From the NCBI GenBank assembly GCA_025558095.1, contig JAIVFI010000030.1, positions 124,001-188,000 on the forward strand: a DNA stretch of 64,000 nucleotides, given 5' to 3'. A program made the position numbers and the translations under genes. The notes under the pieces are model-generated. The model did no database searches. It was not told the origin of the DNA and worked only from the letters and a program-made list of their open reading frames with translations. The DNA comes from Hyaloraphidium curvatum SAG 235-1. Taxonomy: Eukaryota; Fungi; Monoblepharomycota. Shown piece after piece: positions 46,995 to 57,938 of the stretch (its first letter is position 1; each line of letters starts with the position of its first letter).

Positions 46995-47278
46995 CTTCAG
47001 ACGCGATTGCTCGTGCAGTACGGGGCGGAGTCTGGAGGTATTTGCTGTCGGCCCGGGGCGCATCCGCCTCCGCCCATCCGCATCCGCACGGAGCTCCGAA
47101 TCACGGTCCTACTCACTTCGCCGTCGGGCGATTGCGACATCGCACTGAAGCTTTGAAATGCTACATTATCAAATGCGGACGTGAGCAACCGACGGCATAC
47201 GACGTGCAGGGGCCGTCTTCCGAAAGAGGAACGCTCCAATTCCAGCAACGAACACTGATCCACAGTACTTCTCAACCA

Positions 47279-48070
47279 TTAGAGCTTGTAGCAGCACCCG
47301 GCCCAGGCCCCCGCCACGGGTTGGAAATTGTTGAAGCACACCGCTCCGGTCCCGTTGGTGGATCCCATGACCCCCGTCTCCAGATTGCATGGGAAGCCCG
47401 GGTACGCGACCCCGGCGGGGTTGAGCGCCGGCTCCGTGCTCCCCACGGACTGGATGCAGGGCATGCGGTTGCCGCATTGGCTGACCAAGAAGGAGCCGAT
47501 GTCGCCGCAGCACTGGCCTCCCGCCTCGGTAGGCCCGTAGCAGAAAGCAGCGGCGGTGGTGGCCGTGCCGGGGAGCAGGGTCCCCGTGGCATAGTCGCAC
47601 CCGCCGAACATCGTGGCCCCGGTGGGGCAGTTCTTTGCGTTGGCGCCCAGGATGCCCGCCTCGGTGGGGTTCATGACGCAGAGGTCGCTCGGGGCGTAGC
47701 GGCGGTAGAGCTCCCTGGCAGAGTGGAGCGCAACGCAGGCGACCGAGTCGGCGGGGGCGCCGGGGTAGGCGTACTCGCTGTGGGGCGAGGCGGGGAAGCA
47801 GCTGTCAGCGGGGGTTGCGCCGGATCCGGGGCCGAAGTAATCACCAGAACTCCTTCTCGGCGTCGCAATCGGCGCACGACGGTGCAAACTTTACCGAGGG
47901 ACCGACTTGCTGGCTCTCGGTGGGCCTAGACGCGTGGGGGGCAGGAGGCGAGGGGACGCCGAGGGGGAATCAGTCGAGCGATCTCGCCGGCCCGCCGCGG
48001 GCTCCCACCTCGCGAGCGCGCCCGAGAAGGCGGCGGCGGTCAGAAGGAACAGGACCGCGCACTTGGTCAT
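47279..48070 (-). CDS. Small secreted cysteine-rich protein
   Basis: Signal peptide MTKCAVLFLLTAAAFSGALA; last exon has many Cys and ends WAGCCYKL*. Confidence 0.7.
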
Positions 48071-48794
48071 CGTCGCGGCGGCAGGCGGGGATGCGATTGG
48101 CAGTGTTTGTCGGGGGCGGCGCAACTCGTGCGGCCGGTCAGACGGCGGGTCCACAATTGCACCGCCGGAGCTCCTGGCAGCCCCAAAGCGAGCTAAAACT
48201 CGGCGGTCTATGAGCAGTGACCTGCAGCAGACAGCCAAGCACATACGTGCGCGATTTGGAGCCGCTTGGTCAAGTCAATCGGGTCCAAAGTACGTGCCGA
48301 CTATCTTCCTGGCCCAACCAGGTCCGGCGGGCGGACGCCGATCTCGCTGGCCAGGAGCCCCGGCACGCGCTCGTGCTCCCTGGACGAGCGCCCCAGCTCC
48401 GCCGCGCTCGCGGGGTCTAGAAAGCCCTGCCCCACTTTGACAGCGCGCCGGCCTTGATGCCCTCACCAATATGCCTTATCATTCTTGTGTAGGACTTTCG
48501 ATGGCATTTTCGAGGTGCCAAAGCCGTGGCGGCCATCGTCCGGAGCATTGAGCTTGTCGGACTCGCCCTAAGCACGAAGTGCTCGGAGAAAGGCGACAAG
48601 GAAAGAAACCTCCGAGCACGTTCCCCGCCATCCCGTCCCTAGACTCGCCGCTCAATGCTCATCGTCCGATTCCCGGGGTTTGTAGCTAGATATGATGCGT
48701 TGCAGGAGCTCTCGCGGGTCTCCCAACGAGTCAAGCCGATCACGAGCCCACGTCCCTCTATCCTCAGTCACAGGGGACTCCGCTCAATCCCGCC

Positions 48795-51617
48795 ATGGAG
48801 TCGCCTCCGCGAGCGCAGGCGCGTGCGATCGCGAGTAACGATGCCCCCGGCTCTGTTGCGGCGTCGCCGTCCCGGGTATCCCTGCTCTCGTCGTCGCTCA
48901 AGGCGCGGCCGCTTCCGCCGAGCGCGTCCCCAGCCAGACTCGCACCCGATCAGGGCGGCATCGCGGGCGCCTCGAATGGCGGCAGAGATGGCGGGAAGGA
49001 CGCCGGGCGCGAGAGGGGCAAGACGTCGCCGCGGCCGCCGGCGCGCGTGCCGTCGGGGTCGTGGCGCGACCGGCCGACGTCGCCCGGCAGCGCCCTCTCG
49101 CGGTCGCTGGCGCGCAGCATCCCGGTCGCCGCGGGCTCGCCGTCGCAGGGCGGCTTCCGCGGGCCCGACGGCGACGCGCAGCCCGGCCGCAGGGGCGCGA
49201 AGCCGGAGTTCCCGGCTGCATTCACCCCGGCCGACGAACCCCCTTCGGGCTCGTTCAAGGCGCAGCTGGGCTCGTACAGTCGCGGCAGGGCGTCGCCCAG
49301 GCAGGCAGCGGACGGCCTGAGCTCGTCGCAGCGCGCCCGCGGCGAGGGCCCGCTGGTCCGCAGCGACTCGGCCTCCTTTGGCGGCGACGCGATCAGCGGG
49401 TCGTTCCGCACCCGCGGCGAGCCTGTGCGCCAGAATTCCGCCTCGGCGCTGTCGGCATCGATCCCGCGCGAAGTGCTGCGGCAGACCGCGGGCGCCCAGC
49501 CCTCGGCCCTGCAGGTCAAGCGCGTGCTGGACAGCCACCTGGTCACGCCGGAGCAGCTGGACAAGCGGCTGACCGCCACCGGCCTGGTCCAGGAGCCAGG
49601 CGAGGACATGGACGACGATATCGCGGGCCGCGCCACCTCGCCGCCAGTCGCCCTGGGCGCGGCGCACCACCGCCTCCCCGGCGGCGCGATCGTCGACGAC
49701 ATATACAAATTCGCCGCCGGCACCTCCTACCAGGCCGGGGGCTCGCAGCTGGGCGCCTCGTACATCGGCGCCGGCTCTCCCGGCGCCTTCAACGGCCGCA
49801 CCACCCCCCTGGACCGCTCCGCCACCCCCGTCCTGCAGCGCCGCCTCTCGGCCCCCGAACTCCCCTCCGCGGACCCCGACATCGGTCCCGCCTCGCCCGA
49901 CGTGACTGTGCGCGACATTCTTGCCCCCGGCGGCATGCGCCGCGCTTTCCTGGTGCACCGCGCGCGGACCGAGGGCGGAAGGATGCCGGCCATCCCCACG
50001 CGCAACTTCATCGAGTTCCTGGGGCTGTACGGACACTTCGGCCTTCTGGACCCGGACGACGTGTCGGACTACGGGAGCGGCGGGGAGGAGGAGGAGGAGC
50101 TGCCGGACGTGGAGTGGCGGATCGACGAGCTGGGGCACCGCAGGCGGCGGTACCAATCGGCCCAGGGCCTGGTCGTGGACACGGGGAGACCGTATTTCGA
50201 GGACGCGGAGGGCAAGATCCTCCCCTCGGGGTTCTTCGACGAGACCCAGCCGCTGCTCGGGGCCGCGGGGCCCGAGTACGGCACGAGCCCGTCAAAGACC
50301 TTTGCCCTGCTGCTCAAGGCCTTTGTCGGCACGGGGATCCTCTTCCTCCCCAAGGCCTTTTCCAATGGCGGCCTCACCTTCTCCCTCGTCTCGATGGTCA
50401 TCATGGGCTTCGTCAGCCTGTACACCATGCTCATCCTCTTCTGGTCCAGCCAGTCAGTCAACATCATCGGCGCCGGCTACGGCGATGTGGCCGAGGTGCT
50501 CTTTGGCCGGTGGATGCGGGCCTTTGTCCTGGGCAGCGTGGCTGTCTCGCAGGTCGGCTTCGGGACGGCATACATGATCTTCATCGCCCAGAACGTCATC
50601 AACGTGCTCTACGCCGCCGCAAACCTGTGCTCGCCGCTCGTGGTCTTGATTGCCGCGCAGGTGGTCTTCTACATCCCCGTCATCTGGATCCGCAGGCTGG
50701 GCGAGTTCGCCCTCCTGAGCCTGGTCGCGGACGTCTTCATCCTCACCGGCGTGGGCTACGTCTGCATGCGCGCGCTGGAGATGATCCGCCGCGAGGGCCC
50801 CGCGTGGGAAGCCGGCGGAAAGGGCATGCACCTCGGCATCGGCGCCTCCCCCGCGACCTTTGTCGGCACCGCCATCTTTGCATACGAGGGCATCAGCCTG
50901 ATCCTGCCCATCGCCAACGCTATGAAGGACCCGGGCAAGTTCCCGCTCGTGCTGGCGCTGGTGATGCTAGTGATCGGCTGCATGATGATCGTCGTCGGCA
51001 CACTGAGCTACATCGCCTTCGGGGACACGGTGGCGACCGTCATCTTCAACGCCATGCCGCGGGACGACCCGCTCGTCCCCGTGAGTCTTTTCCCTCCTGC
51101 CGCCCGTCACACGTCGCCTGACCCCGCCTCCAGATCATCCAGCTCCTCTATGCCCTCGCCATCGTGTGCTCCTTCCCCCTCAGCATCTACCCCGCCGTGC
51201 GCATCTTCGAGAGCTGGATCTTTGGCACGCGGGGGGGCAAGCAGAGCGTGCGGGTCAAGTGGCTCAAGAACCTGTTCCGCACCGCGGCGGTGGTGACGAT
51301 GGGGGCCATTGCGGTGTTCGGGTCGAGCAACCTGGACTACTTTGTGTCGCTCGTCGGATCGGTGCGTGACGCGCGCTGCTCTTGCCTCCGAACATGGCTG
51401 ACATCTTTCCCCCTGGCAGATGTTCTGCACGATCCTCATGTTCGTCCTCCCCGCCATGTTCGACCTCAAGCTCACCAAGATCCCCTGGCGGCGCGCCGCC
51501 GACATCGGCCTGATCGCCTTTGGCGTGGTCGCCTTCTTCTACATCACCTACAGGAACATCATCGAGTGGATAGAGGCGATGAAGGGGCCGCCGCCGGCGC
51601 CGATATGCCCGAAGTGA
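48795..51617 (+). CDS. Vacuolar amino-acid transporter, Avt3/Avt4-like (Aa_trans) with long disordered N-terminus
   Basis: DIYKF, PGGMRRAFL, TRNFIEFLGLYGHFG, LLKAFVGTGILFLPKAFSNGG, GTAIFAYEGISLILPI, KWLKNLFR. Confidence 0.92.
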
Positions 51618-51904
51618 GGCAGGGCGGGGGTTCGCGGATGGGGGAGCGGAATTGGAAATGCTGCGATACCCTAGATTGGAGACTTCTTCTGCTTGGACGA
51701 CTAGATCTGAAAGGTTGAACAGCTCTCTCCACTCACGAGCTTCAAGGCTGTGGTTGTTGATTCGAGGGCCCTCAACAAGCGTCGCGCGTGCACCTCAAAT
51801 CCGACCGCGCTTCTGCCCATCGGAGGACCTCCACCACTGTTATTCCCCCTCGGGCTGCCTTTCAATAAGCGCACTCTCCAGCCCTCCGTTTCCGGGAGGC
51901 GGAG

Positions 51905-53607
51905 ATGGCCCCCGTCGTGACCAACGCCTCGGCGAGCACCGGCCTCAACGCCGTGTCGGCCAAGGATGCGGAGCACCAAATCGAGCAGGAGGTCCAGGTA
52001 CGTACATCGTGTCGGCCTGGTCCCGATCGGTGCTCATGGTCTCTCGTATGCCCAGTCCTTCGCTGAGCACATCGGGAACCTGCTCGCCGAGCGGACCCAC
52101 CTCCGGCCAAAGTATCTGCCCCTCACCAGCTTCTTTGACTCGTTCCGGGACGGCGTGCTGCTCGGGGAGCTCATCGATGTCATCAAGCCCGGCGTCATCG
52201 ATGTGTCGAAGCTCAAGAGCATCGACCTGACCCGCTACGAGGAGGCCATGAAGAAGAAGGGCAGCGCCGCCGAGGTGGGCCCGCTGTCAACCAAGCTGCA
52301 ATGCAATTTGGGAAATAATGTCAAGTCGTTCCAGGTCTCGCCGTCCGTGGACACGGAGATGAGCAAGACGATGTTCGAGGTCACGGCCAACCTGAACCTG
52401 TCGATTAACGCCGCGAAGAAGGTCGGCATCGTGGTGGTCAACATCGGGGCCAACGACTTCCTGGACTGCAAGCAGGACCTCGTCCTCGGCGTCGTGTGGC
52501 AGCTCATCCGTTACCACCTGCTCTCGGCCATCAACCTGAACGACCACCCGGAGCTCGTGCGGCTGCTCGAGCCCAAGGAGACCCTGAGCACGCTGCTGAG
52601 CCTGCCTGCCGAGTCCACCCTCATCCGCTGGTTCAACTACCACCTGAAGAGGGCGGGCGTCCAGCGGACGATCCGCAACTTCTCCAAGGACATCCAGGAC
52701 AGCGAGCTCTACATCCGTCTTCTGCCCGAGGTCGCGCCGCCCAAGCACAAGGAGGACGTCAAGGCCCTCGCGGACAAGGCCGCGGAGGTCTCGCCCGAGA
52801 CCGAGACGGGTCGCCTGGCCAGGGCGCAGCTCGTGCTCGAGGCCGCGCAGATCCTCGGGGCCCGCAAGTTCGTCACCGCCAAGGACATCGTGCAGGGCAA
52901 CGCCAAGCTCAACCTGGGCTTCACCGCCACCATCTTCAATCGCGAGATCGGCATCCACCTGCCTTCCGAGGACGACATCCGGAGGCAGAAGGCCGTGGAG
53001 CAGTCCCACTTGGACCGGATCGAGGAGCTCGAAAGGGTCGTGGAGCGGAAGGACAACACCATCGGCCAGCTCGGCGTCATGATCCGCAACAAGGACGAGC
53101 GCATCCTCGACCTCAACGAGCAGATGCGCGAGGCCACCATCTCCCGCTTGGAGGAGAAGGACGTCATGGAGAAGAAGCTGCACGCCGCCAGGACTGAGTA
53201 TGCAAGGAAGCTTGAGGAGGCCAAGGCCGAGCTGGCGTCAAAGGCGCATGAGCTGGATGCATACAAGACGAAGGTTGCTGTGGGTTCCTCTCGCAACTGT
53301 GGAGTTTTGAAGATTGACCTAACCAACGTCCTTGTAGGCCGACGTGGGCTCCCTACGATCCCTGATGCTGGAGCAGTGCCCCGAGCTGGTGAACGAGACG
53401 GGCGACTCCACTGACGCCCTCGCGGTGGCGATCGAAGGGCTGCTCCAGGGGCTGCGTCAACGGACGGCCGCGATCGCGGAGATGGAGGAGAAGATGAAGC
53501 GCGAGAAGCAGATGCTGGACATCATGGGCACAAAGATTAAGGAGTACGCCGAGCAGAAGGCCCCGAACAAGATGTTTGGGATCGGAGCGAAGAAGGGCTC
53601 CCAATGA
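51905..53607 (+). CDS. Fimbrin/plastin-type actin-binding domain (single CH1-CH2 pair) fused to a coiled coil
   Basis: DGVLLGELID, NLNLSINAAKKVGIVVVNIG, LVLGVVWQLIR, HPELVRLL, LIRWFNYHL, NFSKDIQDSE, LNLGFTATIFN, followed by a heptad-rich E/K/R tail. Confidence 0.85.
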
Positions 53608-53912
53608 GGTGAGTCTACAGTGACCTGGCGCGCGAACTCCAACAGATTTCTGATCTCGACCGATGTCGTATAGCGGAGGCATACGGCTATAATGCAGAGC
53701 GACTGTTGGTTTCATTGATTGACACTCAACTTGACTCATTCATTGTGTGATATCCACGACAATATACCCACACCCGTCTGCAGACCGTGCCCAAGCTCCG
53801 TCAGACTAAAGGACGACTACAGCTCGTCGCTCGAGGTCCAACCGTGCCCTGCCACTGCGGGGGCCCCGCTGCCTTGACCCTGTGGCCGGTCTCACGCCAC
53901 GGCCTTCGGCCC

Positions 53913-54849
53913 CTACATCTTGGATGAGAAGCTGAGCCCTTCGAGCTGGTCGCTCAAGGAACTCGACAGCTCTTCGTTCAGAACGGCCTGCAGTCGGCGG
54001 CTAAAGACCTGCAGTCCACGGTCGATCAGCTTCTCCATGGTCCGTGTGTCCTGCGTTCCCAAGAACGAGAAGTCAAAAATCGATCTGTCGTTCACGACGA
54101 AGTCAAACAGGAAGCTCGGGATGCCGGTCACACCCTCCTAGAGAAGGTTAGATTCGGTGTGCCCGGGTGGGCATCGAAAACTCACATTCCGCCCGGCCTC
54201 TTCGTCATTCAGCACTTCCGACTTGAGCAGATCGCTGTTCAGGAACTTCACAAGGCATTCCTTGTCCTTTCCAAGAACACCGGAGCCTATCTCCGCAAGA
54301 ACGTTGGGGTCCGCGACGTCCGCGCCCCGTTCAAAGTACGCGGTCTGCACAAGATTGAGCAACGTGTACTGAAGACGGGCCTGGCCCTGCTGGTACGCCA
54401 GCCGAAGCAGGCGGTGGGCCGGAACCGTGGTAGGCCGCAACTTGGGATCCATCTGAGCGGCGTCCCGGGCGTCCGGATCCTCAGAGAACTTGAAGGCGAT
54501 GCCCTCCTCGCGACCGAGTGTTATTAGACGCCCGATTTTGGCCCTCACAACCGCATCGCGAGTTGTCGGCGACCGTGCGTCGTAGACGCTCGGAGGATTC
54601 AGCCGCGTCTCCGGTTTGATGAAGTACTTCGGGTCGATTAGTTCCTCGCGCACCGGAAAGACGTGCGGAACGCACTGGGAGGTAGCAGATATCCAATTGG
54701 AGGTCCGTTGTCTTGGTCTCCAGAATGCGCAGGACCCGTTGGAATCGACGGATGCCGACAAAGGACCACGGGCAGGTAACGTCGAGGTAGACCCTCACGC
54801 TCAGAGTGATGCTCGGTGGCGGAGGAACGGGGTCCGCGGCCGAAGCCAT
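53913..54849 (-). CDS. DsbA/FrnE-like thioredoxin-fold protein (in-frame upstream ATG also at 55002)
   Basis: VYLDVTCPWSFVG, AHRLLRLA, AYFERGADVAD, GVTGIPSF; introns present. Confidence 0.8.
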
Positions 54850-54998
54850 CGCTTTGCAGGATGCGCTCTGGTTATCGGCGTTGGCCCTGCCGGCCTTCGA
54901 GGAGGAGTGTGATTCGTCGCGAGTTCTGGGAGACACCACTCCGAGTCCGACGGCCTTCCCCGTTGATACCTCGTCGCTGAATGCACCATTAGGAGTAT

Positions 54999-57360
54999 TC
55001 ATTGGCCTCCTACCACCGGGAACAATCTAATTCTAGTCCCGACCCAGACCCGCAGAGTAGGAACCGCCGCTTTCGGGCTGTTGACGGCGATCGATCCGCC
55101 GCCGGCCTTCGCATAGCTCACAGCCCAAGCCCATTGCTGTAACCACTGATCGGCAGCCGCCGACGCCACATATGGGCGCACGGTGTGCGACTTGGGCTCA
55201 TAAAGGAGCTTGATTGCTTCGGAGTTAATCATCCGATCGATGAGCGCCCCATCAGTGACGGGCTCCGGCCCCTCACAAGCCTCGGCAACAACAGGAGTCA
55301 GTATCCCAGTCATCTCCAGCAGGCTTGCTATGGGAAGGAAGGGGAACCAGCTCTCCCACCACTGGGGGGTTGGGACGAAACCCGCAGAACGCCGAGTCCA
55401 GAACTCGACATCGACGTCGAACTCGGCCGCCTTTTCCTTCCCCTTGATGGGAGTGAGCTCTACGGCCGAGCCCTTCGGCGATCCGTTTGCGTCAGGATCC
55501 GGCTGATTCGAGTCTGCCCCGTCGTCGCCGCCCGCATGCCCCTTTAGGGCGAGCTCCGCAGCACGCGCGGTTTCCGCGAATGTCATTGTTTGGATGTGAT
55601 CAATCGCGCGTTTCTCGACAACGAGCGAGTACGCAGCGCGGACGTTTCCGGGGAAGTTGTAGCGCAGCATAGAGTCCGTGATATCCAAGGACCAAGCAAG
55701 CAGCCTCCAGTTATACGGCGCTCCGAGCAGGAAGGCCGGCTCCGACACCCGCACCAGCATCTGGAAGGCGCATCAGGCCAAATCCATCAACGCGAGCAGC
55801 AGAACCGACCTTATTGAGCTTCTGTGCTGTAGCGACGCTGATGGTCCGGATGAACGGGCTCAGATTGAAGACAACGAGGACCAATTGCTCCACCATGCCG
55901 TCCACTGCAATACCTCTTGGGTGGTGAAGGACAACATGGGCCACGGCAACCACCAAAGCGTCGCCATACGTTGGGACGGACGATCCCAGGCCCTTGATGG
56001 GAAGCACTGGCGGCGCGCCGGAGAGGTACGAGATACGTTCGCAGAAGTGGTTGTTCGAGGAAAGGAGGTGCAGCACGTTGGTGGCGATGCGACCCACGCC
56101 AGCCTGGGAAACGACTTTGGAGCCGATGTCTTTCAGCACGACGCAAAGCAGGCCGTGAAAAATGGGAGCAAGGAACTCCGAATCGAGCACATGGTCGACG
56201 AAATGGGCGTTGCACGACACCATGATCCAGAGGATGGAAACGGTCTCCTCGCCGAAGTGCGAAGGCTTGGACGACGCCGCCACCCAGGAATCGGACTTCG
56301 CGAAGTCGGTGAGCAGGCGCGAGAGGTTGCTTGCCAAAAAGCTTAAGTCCGACGGCCGGTGCAACTTGCTCAGATAGAAACGCACGGCATTCTGTGTCGT
56401 CGTCTTTGCACCGTCCGCGTCCAGCCCTAGCCGCGCTTCGAAGCACATGCACACGAGCCAACGCGCGCAGAGCCCCGCGAGCTCCTCCGGAATCGGCTCC
56501 GAGGAGATGAGGTACCCGTACGGGAGCCACGAGCTGCTGCTATAGGACAGGAACGTATTGAGGAGAGAACACAATAGGACAAGCAGCTCCTGTTTCTCGA
56601 TGTGAACGAGAACGTCGGAAGCCGGAGGCCGACAAAGAAACGGGAGAAGGTACCAGTCCGGTGCGATCGCGACCTGTTCCGGAGTGTCGTACAATCTCCT
56701 TGAGGTCATGGCAAATAGGAATCGCACCGCCTCGATCCGATTGGCCTCCCAAGTCGCAGAAGTGGCAGCCTCCTCGGAGCGACCGATTCCGGCCCGCCAA
56801 ACTTGCCGTTTCGCAGGCGAATCGTGATCGGGTGCCTCCCCGACCAGACCAGGCAAGGAGCACAAATCTATCGCAGCTTTGACGAGAAGATGTCCCAGAG
56901 GAACGTGAGCCGGTCCTATGTTCCCTGCCGACGTGGCTGAGGAAGCGTGATCTGACGACGCCACCGGAGTTGGCGGAGGCGGCGCCAGTAGCAGCTTCCG
57001 TTCAAGCTCGCCATCGGCTTCCTCGAAAAGGAACGGCACGAGCCTCGTCAGGATCCGCGCACAGTTGAGAACCTGGATGATCTCGTTGGTCTGCACAGGC
57101 ACACCGCCTCCGATGGCGGAGTCGAGGATGGCGAGGAGCCGCAAAGAGCATTTCAGGAAAAGCGTTTCGAAATTGGACCTCTGGTTCGAGATGAGAGTTC
57201 TGATCAGGTCCGTAGAGGCAACAAGATTGGAAACGTCGTCGGCGGTGGCAGGCACTTTCCAGAATGAAGACCAGAACGCACGGTGATCCGGCGAGACGTG
57301 CTCGGAACAGAGCCGAGAGATCTGCTGCCGCACCACAAGCTTGCTGTCCGTCTGCCCCAT
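54999..57360 (-). CDS. HID1: HID1/Ecm30 (dymeclin-superfamily) Golgi trafficking protein
   Basis: MGQTDSKL N-terminus (myristoylation type), LNCARILTRLVPFLFE, LLCSLLN, YLSKLHR, FVPTPQWWESW...LP, C-terminal WVGTRIRLF. Confidence 0.85.
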
Positions 57361-57362
57361 GA

Positions 57363-57734
57363 TCAAGCACTGGGACTAGCCGTCGGAGCGGCGCCGGCGT
57401 CGCCCGATGCAGATGCTTCCGATTCCTTCTTCTTCAGCGGCTTCAAAGCAGTTCCCTTCAGCGGCGGCAGTCCGGTCTCCTGCGTGATCTTGTCCAGCCG
57501 CTCCTGCTTCTCGCGAGCCTTCTGGCGCGATTCGCGCTTCTTCTTGATGTACTGGACCTTGACGCACTCCTTCAGCGCATCCTCCTGGACTTGGCACCTG
57601 CGAGACGCGTCATCGGGATGCCCGGTACCCCATCGATGCCATGCGCACTTGTTGAGCAGCTTGGCAAGATTCTGTTTCGTCAGGCAGTCGTTCAGCTGCT
57701 GGTACAGGTCATGGCATTCCTGCCAGTACGGCAT
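57363..57734 (-). CDS. Twin CX9C-like mitochondrial intermembrane protein, Cmc1/Cmc2 family
   Basis: ECHDLYQQLNDC...AKLLNK|CQVQEDALKECVK followed by a basic tail; 51-nt in-frame intron. Confidence 0.7.
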   Translation of the reverse strand: MPYWQECHDLYQQLNDCLTKQNLAKLLNKCAWHRWGTGHPDDASRRCQVQEDALKECVKVQYIKKKRESRQKAREKQERLDKITQETGLPPLKGTALKPLKKKESEASASGDAGAAPTASPSA

Positions 57735-57938
57735 CGCCCGCGATAGCTCTTGCTTGTAGACTCTGGCTGGCCGCCGGCGCTAAGCGCGGCCTCAGAGGCG
57801 CCGGGGCAGCGGAGAGGCGGATGGAGGCAGCCGCCGACGAAGGTATAGTGATCGGTCGCGCCCGCCGTCCTTGCGCTGGGCGACAGTCCCGTGATCCTGA
57901 GCTATGGGCCGAAACGCGTCTTTTCCATCACGTAGACG

